From the NCBI GenBank assembly GCA_023247755.1, contig JAHFFX010000002.1, positions 1-38,077 on the forward strand: a stretch of DNA of 38,077 bases, given 5' to 3'. This document shows, piece by piece, positions 17,134 to 24,451 of this stretch. The notes below the pieces were generated by a model. It did no database searches and was not told the origin of the DNA. It saw only the letters and a list, made by a program, of their open reading frames with translations. Made by a program: the position numbers and the translations under genes. The first letter of the stretch is position 1. Each line of letters starts with the position of its first letter. The DNA is from Candidatus Omnitrophota bacterium. Lineage in GTDB: Bacteria; Omnitrophota; Gorgyraeia; Zapsychrales; JAHFFX01.

Positions 17134-18831
17134 ATGCTCAACTATTCCCAAATCTTTCCTCGTCAAAGAACTTTCTGGTTCGTGGTATTGATCAACCTCA
17201 TGTTCATTGCTTATTTCCATAACCGATTCTGGTGGCCGATCGATGACGGATGCCGCATTCATCAGGCGCAACGGATACTCGAGGGAGAAGTGATGAATCG
17301 CGATTTTCAGCACAATCAGCCGGGGTACATCGGGTTCTTGAACGCATTTGCGTTAAGAATATTTGGCCTCGATGCGGTTTCCCTGCGGATCCCCCTCATG
17401 GCGGCGGCCTTCGTGCAAAGCGTCCTGGTCTTTGCGATTTTTAACCGTCGGTTCGGGCAAGGGGGAATGCTGGCCAGCCTTGTGCCTTGGGCTTTGGGCA
17501 TTTTGCAATATCTCAATCCCAACCAGGCCTGGTATTGTGTTTTTCTGGCCTTGCTGCTGGTCTTTATTTTCCTTGTCCTTGAGAAGCGTCCTTCCCTAAG
17601 GAATTTCTGGGCGGGATTCCTCCTGATGACGATCTATCTCTTCCGTCAATTGAACGGGGTTTTGGTGGCGATCGGGATCTTGTGTTATTTGTTGATCGAG
17701 CGGCGGGAAAAGATCCCGTCATCTCAAATGTTACTCGGTCGGATATTGTTGTTATTATCCGGAATTGCTTTGGCGGGATTTTTGTGGCGCGCCACGGACA
17801 AGGCGGGATTCCTTCTCGCCGGAATCTGGCCGCTATTGCTTTTGTTGGGGGCGGGGAGGAGGATCTCCGTTCCTGCGGATGCCTTGTTCAAAGAAATACG
17901 AGAACTGCTGGGCGGGGCGATTGTTGCGTTCTTGCCGATGGCGTTTTATCTGAGCTCCCAGGGGACTTGGCGGGTGTGGTTCTGGGAAACTTTCCTCAAG
18001 TCCGGCCATATCATCGGCAACCAATCGAGTTATGAATATTATTTGGGCCATGCTCTCCTGCAGTTGGCTCATCCGGCAAATCTGAGCGAAGTTTTGAACG
18101 GGTTATTTTGGGTCCTCGTGACCCTGGTTGGCGTGATCAATGCCGGGTGGCTTCTCCTCAAGCTCCGGGAGAAGAGCACCGATCCGTCGCCGATCTTCCT
18201 TTTGCCGATCCTTGCTGTTTTTAATGGCTTGGTGGCCTTGCATTCCCAAAGCAGTGTTTATCTTTTTTATTGCGTGGGGATGTCGGTCCTGGGGATCATG
18301 ATTCTTGGCCTTCTCGAGCCATCGGGCAAGGTCTTCCGGGCGATGAGCGTGGCGATCAGCGGGCTGTGCGCAATCGCGCTTTATTATCACGCCGGTCAGC
18401 CGATGCGCCGCGATGCCATCCGCGGGCAGCGGGTGGAATCGGTCTTTGCCAAATCGCTGTTCCCGAATCTCAGCCTTTGGGTCGATCCGTTGGAGATCGA
18501 GATTTACCGGCCGGTGGTCCAGAGGATCCAGGAATTGACCGGTCCCGACGACCCGATCATCGCGCTTCCCTATAATAATGAAGTCTACTTTCTTTCCAAC
18601 AGAAGGAATGCCACCGGGGTGATCTATCTGCAGGACGATCTGCAGGATTGGACGGATGTCAAACAGATGCTGCGGGTCCTCAAGGAGCGGCCCCCGAAAT
18701 TGATCGTGGACATGTACGAACATGTCACGCGGCATAACGCCAAGACCGATGAGCTTTTGGCGTATGTCAAAGAAAATTACAAATCTGTGGAACGTGTCGG
18801 ACTTTTTGACATATATTCTAATGTGCGTTAA
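17134..18831 (+). CDS. large polytopic integral membrane protein; possible GT-C-fold (ArnT/PMT-like) glycosyltransferase
   Basis: At least 10 hydrophobic segments are followed by a ~150-aa soluble C-terminal domain. There is an acidic DDG motif after the first TM segment. The functional assignment is inference only. Confidence 0.55.
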   Translation: MLNYSQIFPRQRTFWFVVLINLMFIAYFHNRFWWPIDDGCRIHQAQRILEGEVMNRDFQHNQPGYIGFLNAFALRIFGLDAVSLRIPLMAAAFVQSVLVFAIFNRRFGQGGMLASLVPWALGILQYLNPNQAWYCVFLALLLVFIFLVLEKRPSLRNFWAGFLLMTIYLFRQLNGVLVAIGILCYLLIERREKIPSSQMLLGRILLLLSGIALAGFLWRATDKAGFLLAGIWPLLLLLGAGRRISVPADALFKEIRELLGGAIVAFLPMAFYLSSQGTWRVWFWETFLKSGHIIGNQSSYEYYLGHALLQLAHPANLSEVLNGLFWVLVTLVGVINAGWLLLKLREKSTDPSPIFLLPILAVFNGLVALHSQSSVYLFYCVGMSVLGIMILGLLEPSGKVFRAMSVAISGLCAIALYYHAGQPMRRDAIRGQRVESVFAKSLFPNLSLWVDPLEIEIYRPVVQRIQELTGPDDPIIALPYNNEVYFLSNRRNATGVIYLQDDLQDWTDVKQMLRVLKERPPKLIVDMYEHVTRHNAKTDELLAYVKENYKSVERVGLFDIYSNVR

Positions 18832-18884
18832 GATTTACGCTTCGATTACTGAACCCGGCGATTTGGTCAAATGAGGAGGTCGAA

Positions 18885-19676
18885 ATGGATTGGGGAATGA
18901 AGAATCGTTTATCGCGCATCATCCGGCCGGACACGGGCAAGGCCCTGATGCTCGCCGTCGATCACGGCTATTTTCTGGGGCCCACATCGGGCCTTGAAGA
19001 CCTGGAAAATACGGTCGCGCCCCTGCTGCCTTATACCGATTCCCTGATGTTGACGCGGGGGGCGCTGCGCAATTGTATCAACGCGAAATTCCCGGTCCCC
19101 ATCGTCCTGCGGGTCTCCGGCGGCAATTCGGTCCTGGAAGAGGATCTCTCCCACGAGGACCTGACGGTCGACATCGAGGATGCGATCCGTCTTAACGCTT
19201 CCGCCATCACGATGTCCATCTACATCGGGAGTCCGCATCAGCACCAGACCATCGTGAATCTTGCGAAGACCGTGGATATGGGGGAGAAGTACGGGATCCC
19301 CGTGCTCGCGGTCACCGCCGTCGGCAAGGAAATGACGCGGGACGAGCGTTATCTGAGCCTCGCCTGCCGCATCGCGGCGGAGACGGGCGCGCATATCGTC
19401 AAGACCTATTACTGCGAAGACTTCGACAAGCTCGTCAAGAAGGTCCCCATTCCGGTCGTGATCGCGGGCGGCAAGAAGGTTACGGAAAAGGACGCATTGG
19501 AGTTGGCCTACAAAGCGATCTCCGACGGAGCGGTGGGGGTGGACATGGGGCGCAACATCTTTCAGGCCGAAGCGCCGGTGGCCATGATCCAGGCCGTGCG
19601 TTCCATCGTTCATCATGGAAATTCAGTCAAGAAGGCGCTCGATCTTTACAGCAGCCTCAAGGCGAAAAAAAAATAG
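18885..19676 (+). CDS. LsrF/DhnA-family class I aldolase (3-hydroxy-5-phosphonooxypentane-2,4-dione thiolase-like)
   Basis: GAGGAGG (18872-18878) precedes the ATG. DWGMKNRLSRIIRPDTGKALMLAVDHGYFLGPTSGLE, IVKTYY (Schiff-base Lys region), PVVIAGGKK and GVDMGRNIFQ track E. coli LsrF closely as I remember it. Confidence 0.8.
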   Translation: MDWGMKNRLSRIIRPDTGKALMLAVDHGYFLGPTSGLEDLENTVAPLLPYTDSLMLTRGALRNCINAKFPVPIVLRVSGGNSVLEEDLSHEDLTVDIEDAIRLNASAITMSIYIGSPHQHQTIVNLAKTVDMGEKYGIPVLAVTAVGKEMTRDERYLSLACRIAAETGAHIVKTYYCEDFDKLVKKVPIPVVIAGGKKVTEKDALELAYKAISDGAVGVDMGRNIFQAEAPVAMIQAVRSIVHHGNSVKKALDLYSSLKAKKK

Positions 19677-19695
19677 TGCGTTGCCGGGAGGCGTC

Positions 19696-20127
19696 GTGTC
19701 CCAGGTCCTGAACCGCTGGCTGAAACGCATCAATGCCCTGGAAACCCTTACCTGGAACGTTCGCCTGGTCATCCGGGACCGGGAACAGCTGGCCCCGCTC
19801 ATCGGCCAGTTCCAGGACCTGCTGGAAGAACATTTCGGGCCCCGTTTGGCGCAAACACTTTTGGAACTTAAGCGGCTGAATGTTCCCGACCGGTCCTTCG
19901 GGAAGATATTGGAGTTCCTGGAAACGGATGGGAAGCTGATGCTCCTGGAGACCCTGGAGTTCTTCACAAAACACCCGGCCCGGCCCTTGAGATCCTCGGA
20001 TGGGATGTTTCCAAAGGACCTTACCGATTTCGCGGGAAAGGTGCTGCAGCGGCTGGACGCGGAGCGGGCCGCGGTGGAGTCGCTGCTGGCCGTGGTCGGG
20101 GCGGTCGGGAATCCCCCCATAAATTGA
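19696..20127 (+). CDS. hypothetical helical protein
   Basis: GTG at 19696 lies 4 nt after GGGAGG (19686-19691). I recognise no family. The opposite-strand ORF is Ser/Arg-rich. Confidence 0.5.
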   Translation: MSQVLNRWLKRINALETLTWNVRLVIRDREQLAPLIGQFQDLLEEHFGPRLAQTLLELKRLNVPDRSFGKILEFLETDGKLMLLETLEFFTKHPARPLRSSDGMFPKDLTDFAGKVLQRLDAERAAVESLLAVVGAVGNPPIN

Positions 20128-20145
20128 TACTTTTATAAATTAATT

Positions 20146-20154
20146 TGTTATAAT
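20146..20154 (+). promoter_or_regulatory. extended -10 element TGTTATAAT 11 nt upstream of the lipoprotein ATG
   Basis: TG (20146-47), T, TATAAT (20149-20154). A possible -35 TTGATA (20124-20129) lies 19 nt upstream. The ATG at 20166 has no SD. Confidence 0.4.
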
Positions 20155-20165
20155 AGAGACCATTT

Positions 20166-20600
20166 ATGAAAAATTCCTTTTTCCTTATGTCCATACTTTG
20201 GATCGGCCTTTTTCTTGGCGGTTGTGCCCAGACGGTCGAAACCGTCAAGGTCGTATGGGGCTCATCTACGAGGAGCCTGGAGGAAGCGCGCGCCGATGCC
20301 GTCCGGGAGGACTTCCCCATGGCGTATGACGCCTGTTTTCGCGAGGTCCTGCAGATCGCGGGCACGGAGAAATGGGAAATTTTCATCAAAGATAAGAAGC
20401 AGGGGACGATTGTTGTGCTGGGAATCCCGGGGAACGTGGACACCACGGAAGTCGGGATATTCCTTGATAAGGCGGGGGCTTCGCGGACCAAGGTGGAGAT
20501 CAGTTCATTAAGCTCTTCGGCCAAGCTGAAGGCCGCAGATATCCTTTTTGAGGAATTGAGAAAAACCGGGACGCCTGAAAACGCGGGAAATGAACCATGA
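20166..20600 (+). CDS. hypothetical lipoprotein
   Basis: MKNSFFLMSILWIGLFLGGCAQ is a signal peptide with an L-G-G-C lipobox. Confidence 0.7.
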   Translation: MKNSFFLMSILWIGLFLGGCAQTVETVKVVWGSSTRSLEEARADAVREDFPMAYDACFREVLQIAGTEKWEIFIKDKKQGTIVVLGIPGNVDTTEVGIFLDKAGASRTKVEISSLSSSAKLKAADILFEELRKTGTPENAGNEP

Positions 20601-20905
20601 AAGATGTTCTTTATAACCCTGAATCGGGGTTGTTGAAGATCGTGATCCTTCACAAGCCCGAGGAGAAATATCGGGTCAACCAGGTGCAAAAAGCCCTTGA
20701 GCAGGCCGCCCGGATGGCGAACGTGAAGATCACGATCACCCGCAGCAATGATTTCGCCGCTTTTTCCAAGTTCAGTTTTAACCCGGCCAACACGCCGATC
20801 ATTTTTATCAATGAAAGTCTGGAATTCGTCAGCGCCGTGCCGCAACTGCATATGCTGAAGAGAAAACTTCGGGAGATCCGCGATCGGGGAAGCATGCTTT
20901 TTTAA
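20597..20905 (+). CDS. thioredoxin-fold protein (MTH895/Thioredoxin_3-like) lacking the CxxC motif, paralogue 1
   Basis: There is an ATGA start/stop overlap with the lipoprotein gene. LKIVILHKPEEKYRVNQVQKALEQAARMANVKITITRSNDF...NTPIIFINESLEF matches the small glutaredoxin-like fold layout, but the GxGCxxC position reads KPEEKY. Confidence 0.45.
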   Translation: MKDVLYNPESGLLKIVILHKPEEKYRVNQVQKALEQAARMANVKITITRSNDFAAFSKFSFNPANTPIIFINESLEFVSAVPQLHMLKRKLREIRDRGSMLF

Positions 20906-21001
20906 GGCCAGCATCTGGAATTTTCCATTGATGAGCCGCGTCCTTGCTTCTTGTGCCGTCAAAGGCGGGAGGCGGGGAGAAAAAGTGAGGGGAGGGTTTC
21001 C

Positions 21002-21283
21002 ATGAAAGTAGAGATTCTAGCCAAGCCAGATCAAGTTGCCAAGATGGAAGCGATGGCCACCGCTATCCGGCAGGCGGCGAAGAACGCCAATGTCCAGGTC
21101 CAAATCTCTTTCAGCAACGATTTCACCGCTTTTTCTCAGCACTCGTTCAATCCCGCTGCGACCCCCGTCATCTTCATTCATGGGAAGATGGAATTTCAGG
21201 GAGAGGTGCCTCCACTGCAACTCATTCAAAAGAAATTCGTGGAGTTGAAAGAGAAAGGCGTGGATTCGTCGAACTGGATCTGA
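21002..21283 (+). CDS. thioredoxin-fold protein lacking CxxC, paralogue 2
   Basis: I preferred the ATG at 21002, after the GAGGGGAGGG run, to the ORF-track start at 20951. MKVEILAKPDQVAKMEAMATAIRQAAKNANVQVQISFSNDFTAFSQHSFNPAATPVIFIHGKMEF is clearly paralogous to 20597-20905. Confidence 0.45.
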   Translation: MKVEILAKPDQVAKMEAMATAIRQAAKNANVQVQISFSNDFTAFSQHSFNPAATPVIFIHGKMEFQGEVPPLQLIQKKFVELKEKGVDSSNWI

Positions 21284-21298
21284 TGGGATCGCCAAGCT

Positions 21299-21814
21299 AT
21301 GATCGAGCATGAATTATTGTTCCTGGGCCTCCTTAAGGAAGGACCCAAACATGGTTATGAGATCAAGCGTCTTATCGAGGAGGAATTGTTCCCTTTCGTG
21401 GGCCTCAAGATCAAATCCATCTATTACCCCCTCAAGAAAATGGAACGCCTGGGCCTGGTGAACAAGGATGTCGGGCGGGAGGGGAAGTGGCCGGAAAAAT
21501 TCGTTTACAGCATCACCCCCAAGGGCGAAAAGATCTTCGAACACCTCATTACCGAGAGCTTCCTTTCCATCGAACGGCCGTATTTCAACATTGACCTGTC
21601 CTTGTATTTCCTTCCGCATGTGGACAAGAAGATCGCCAGCCGCCACCTCAAGGCACGCGTCATCTTCCTTAAGCGCATTCAGAGGGACCTCGAGAACCTT
21701 GAAAAGAACATCAAATCAACCTCCCAGCACTTGAAGATCATCCTCGAACACGACCTGGCCCTGGTCACCGCGGAGATCCGCTCGATCTCCAGTCTCATTG
21801 AAACGCTTTTCTAG
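21299..21814 (+). CDS. PadR-family transcriptional regulator
   Basis: LLFLGLLKEGPKHGYEIKRLIEE...IYYPLKKMERLGLV...YSITPKGEKIFEHL. Confidence 0.9.
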   Translation: MIEHELLFLGLLKEGPKHGYEIKRLIEEELFPFVGLKIKSIYYPLKKMERLGLVNKDVGREGKWPEKFVYSITPKGEKIFEHLITESFLSIERPYFNIDLSLYFLPHVDKKIASRHLKARVIFLKRIQRDLENLEKNIKSTSQHLKIILEHDLALVTAEIRSISSLIETLF

Positions 21815-21882
21815 CCCACCGAAGTGCCGGTCTTGCCTGCCTCCGTTGCTTCCTCTATATATATAAATCTATTAATTATTCC

Positions 21883-21910
21883 TTGACAAAGGGAGAGTCT
21901 GTAATAAAAT
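21883..21910 (+). promoter_or_regulatory. strong sigma70-like promoter ahead of the ligase-led gene block
   Basis: -35 TTGACA (21883-21888), then 16 nt, then -10 TAAAAT (21905-21910). AT-rich UP-like DNA including (TA)5 lies immediately upstream. Confidence 0.55.
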
Positions 21911-21912
21911 CG

Positions 21913-21934
21913 AAATAGTAAAATTTTACTATTT
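21913..21934. promoter_or_regulatory. perfect 22-bp palindrome overlapping the predicted transcription start; candidate PadR-type operator
   Basis: AAATAGTAAAA|TTTTACTATTT contains TAGT-N8-ACTA, which resembles the ATGT-N8-ACAT layout reported for PadR-family operators. Confidence 0.45.
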
Positions 21935-22023
21935 TTGGCATTGGAGCTAAACTCAAGCAAAATCAGGGTATTCGGGAGAATACGGAAGTTTTATTGCCTT
22001 AATTTAAGCATGCCTCCGGACGT

Positions 22024-23538
22024 ATGAACATCCTCGAAGTCCTTCATAAAACCGCCAATCTTTATCCGCAAAAGCCGGCTCTTGTTTTTAAAGAAGAGAC
22101 CGTCAGCTTTTCCCAGCTTCATGACCGCGTTCTTAAGTTCGCCAATGGCTTAAAGAAGGAAGGGGTCGCGAAGGGGGACAAGGTCGCGATTTACCTGCCG
22201 AATTGCCCGGACTATGTTTACAGCTATCTGGCGGTATTCGGCCTGGGGGCGGTGGGGGTTCCTCTCGATTATGTGCTCAAAGCGGATGAATTGATCTCCT
22301 GCCTCGGGCATTCCGAGGCCAAGCTGTTGATCGCCCGTCCCAACCAGGAAGTGGATCTGACCGTGGTCCAGAAGGCCGTCCCGTCCCTTAAGAAGATCGT
22401 GGGAGGGGGGGAAGCCAGCGGGGGAGGGCGCCTGCTCGAAGATATCCTGAGAACGGAAAGCCCCCAACCCATTTCGCCGGCCATTGCGGGAAGCGATCCC
22501 GCGCTGATCATGTACACTTCCGGGACGACCGGCAAACCAAAGGGAATACTCCTTACCTATAAACACCTCGATGGGTCCCCTATGGCCATGAAGCATTTCG
22601 TGGACCTTTCCGAGCGGGACGTCAAACTTTGCGCTCTTCCTCTCAGCCATATCGGTGGTTTCATCTACATTCAAAACATGATCCATTACGCCACTACTCT
22701 CATCCTCATGGACCGGTTCAATCCCTTCGAGTTCCTGGGACTTATTGACCGTTTTAAAGTGACCTGTTTTCATATTGTCCCTCCCATGTACACCGCGATC
22801 CTTACTCTCAAACAGATCGAAAAGTTCGATCTTTCTTCGTTACGCTGGATGGTCGTCTTCGGCGCGCCCAGCTCGCCGGAGATCCTCGAGCGTTTTCATC
22901 GTTATTGCCCCAATGCCCGGCTCCTCAACGGCTGGGGCATGACCGAAACCTGTCCCCCCAACACGGTTACCCCCATGGATTCAGATAAGATTTCCAGCGT
23001 CGGCAAACCCGCCCCGACCTGTGAGATCAAAATATTCAACGAGCACGACCGCGAGGTCGGGATCGGTGAGATCGGCGAGATCGTCATCCGCGGCTGGGTC
23101 GTCATGGCCGGGTACTATAAGGACCCGGACAGCACTGCCGAGCTCATGCGTAACGGATGGTTCCATACGGGGGACCTGGGGCGCTTCGATGCGGAAGGGT
23201 TCCTTTACATCGTCGGCCGCAAGAAAGAGATGATCAAGGTGGGCGGACAGATTGTTTACGCTCCCGAGGTCGAATCCGCGCTTTACAAGCACGAAGCGGT
23301 GGCGGAAGCCGCCGTTATCGGTATTCCCGACGCGTTGCGCGGGGAGGCGGTGAAAGCGTTCGTGGTCCTTAAGGAATTGGCGAGCGTTTCGGTGGAGGAC
23401 CTGCGCTATTTCGCCCGCGAACACCTGGCGCACTTCAAGGTCCCGCATTCCATCGAGCTGCGGCAGTCCCTGCCCAAGAACCGCACCGGCAAGATCGATA
23501 AGGAATTATTAAAACAGGAAACGATTATTCTGAAATAA
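22024..23538 (+). CDS. AMP-dependent acyl-CoA synthetase/ligase (ANL superfamily)
   Basis: IMYTSGTTGKPKG (A3/P-loop), GWGMTE, YHTGDLG, GRKKEMIKVGG and PKNRTGKI are present. Confidence 0.92.
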   Translation: MNILEVLHKTANLYPQKPALVFKEETVSFSQLHDRVLKFANGLKKEGVAKGDKVAIYLPNCPDYVYSYLAVFGLGAVGVPLDYVLKADELISCLGHSEAKLLIARPNQEVDLTVVQKAVPSLKKIVGGGEASGGGRLLEDILRTESPQPISPAIAGSDPALIMYTSGTTGKPKGILLTYKHLDGSPMAMKHFVDLSERDVKLCALPLSHIGGFIYIQNMIHYATTLILMDRFNPFEFLGLIDRFKVTCFHIVPPMYTAILTLKQIEKFDLSSLRWMVVFGAPSSPEILERFHRYCPNARLLNGWGMTETCPPNTVTPMDSDKISSVGKPAPTCEIKIFNEHDREVGIGEIGEIVIRGWVVMAGYYKDPDSTAELMRNGWFHTGDLGRFDAEGFLYIVGRKKEMIKVGGQIVYAPEVESALYKHEAVAEAAVIGIPDALRGEAVKAFVVLKELASVSVEDLRYFAREHLAHFKVPHSIELRQSLPKNRTGKIDKELLKQETIILK

Positions 23539-23540
23539 GC

Positions 23541-23570
23541 CGCAGGGGCCGCACATGTGCGGCCCCTGCG
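23541..23570 (+). terminator. perfect 30-nt palindromic hairpin after the ligase gene (attenuator, terminator or stabiliser)
   Basis: CGCAGGGGCCGCACA|TGTGCGGCCCCTGCG is followed by cATTTTa. Only 23 nt separate it from the next start codon. Confidence 0.4.
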
Positions 23571-23593
23571 CATTTTAACGAAAGGAAAATGGC

Positions 23594-24358
23594 ATGCAAA
23601 ACAAGACCCAAAGAATGACCCGCCCGATCCACATGACCGGGCAGGACCTCACCGGCATGGTGCAGCTGCGCCCGACCGACATCGGCAAGTACGCGATCGT
23701 TCCGGGGCCCAAGGAGCGGCTGGACAATCTCGTCAAGAAGATGGAGAACCCTATCAAGAACTTCACTTTCATGGAATACAACATGTATACCGGAACTTAT
23801 CAGGGGATCAAGATCACCGGTGTCAACGGGGGGCGCTTCTCGGCGGACACCGCGATCACCACGGAACTCCTGTGCAGCGCCAAGGCGCAGAACATGATCC
23901 GCATCGGCAGTTGCGGCGCCCTTTCCGATGAGATCAACATCGGCGATATCGTCGTCGTCGATGGGGCGGTGCGCGGCGATGGCGTCACGCCATATTACGT
24001 CAATCAGGACTTCAAGACCGTCACCGATAAGAAGCTCACCGACATGGTCTTTGAGATCGCCGGCAAGACCGGGCACAAGGTTCACCGCGGCAAGGTGTGG
24101 ACCACGGACGCGATCCTGCGCGAGACCGACGAATACGTCAACGGCGCCATCGACCAGGGCGCGATCGCCGTGGACATGGTGTCGTCGGTGTTCTTGACGC
24201 TCTGCCAGCTTTATGAGATCCCGGCGACCGTGATCCTGGCGGTCTCCGATAACATCATCACCGGGGAGATGGGATTCCTTTCGCCGAATTATTACATGGC
24301 GGAGAGTTCTTTGGTCACGATCGCGCTGAATCTGGTGAAGAAGCTCGAAGGAAAGTAA
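23594..24358 (+). CDS. PNP/UDP-family nucleoside phosphorylase (uridine-phosphorylase-like; substrate unknown, possibly 5'-deoxyadenosine/MTA)
   Basis: IRIGSCGAL, GDIVVVDGAVRGDG and AVDMVSS are present, laid out like hexameric Udp/PNP enzymes. Confidence 0.8.
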   Translation: MQNKTQRMTRPIHMTGQDLTGMVQLRPTDIGKYAIVPGPKERLDNLVKKMENPIKNFTFMEYNMYTGTYQGIKITGVNGGRFSADTAITTELLCSAKAQNMIRIGSCGALSDEINIGDIVVVDGAVRGDGVTPYYVNQDFKTVTDKKLTDMVFEIAGKTGHKVHRGKVWTTDAILRETDEYVNGAIDQGAIAVDMVSSVFLTLCQLYEIPATVILAVSDNIITGEMGFLSPNYYMAESSLVTIALNLVKKLEGK

Positions 24359-24362
24359 ATAG

Positions 24363-24430
24363 GGTCACCCGTCACCAGTCACAGGTCACCACAAAATTAC
24401 TTGGTGACTTGTGACGTGTGACATGTGACT
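24363..24430. repeat. heptad-periodic inverted repeat element E1
   Basis: GTCAC occurs at 24364, 24371, 24378 and 24385. GTGAC occurs at 24404, 24411, 24418 and 24425. The arms pair as 14 bp + 5 bp + 6 bp, separated by 2x2 mismatches, around a 10-nt loop (24392-24401). Confidence 0.85.
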
Positions 24431-24451
24431 ATGTAGATTTAATGGTGAAAA

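Noticed and set aside
18885-19676. Part of an AI-2 (lsr) uptake and processing operon.
   Set aside because: No kinase, isomerase, transporter or repressor genes of the lsr system flank it.
21935-22023. A riboswitch or other structured leader in the ~105-nt 5' UTR of the ligase gene.
   Set aside because: By eye I could not match it to any riboswitch consensus. Only short, weak complementarities are visible (GGCAT/ATGCC, GGAG/CTCC).
22405-22411. A G7 homopolymer inside the ligase gene as a phase-variation site.
   Set aside because: The reading frame is intact and encodes a plausible Gly-rich loop (VGGGEASGGG). Nothing in the alternative frames suggests switching.
24363-24430. The heptad arrays as a miniature CRISPR array.
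   Set aside because: The repeat unit is 7 nt with 2-nt 'spacers'. The arrays are inverted rather than direct, and no cas genes are present.
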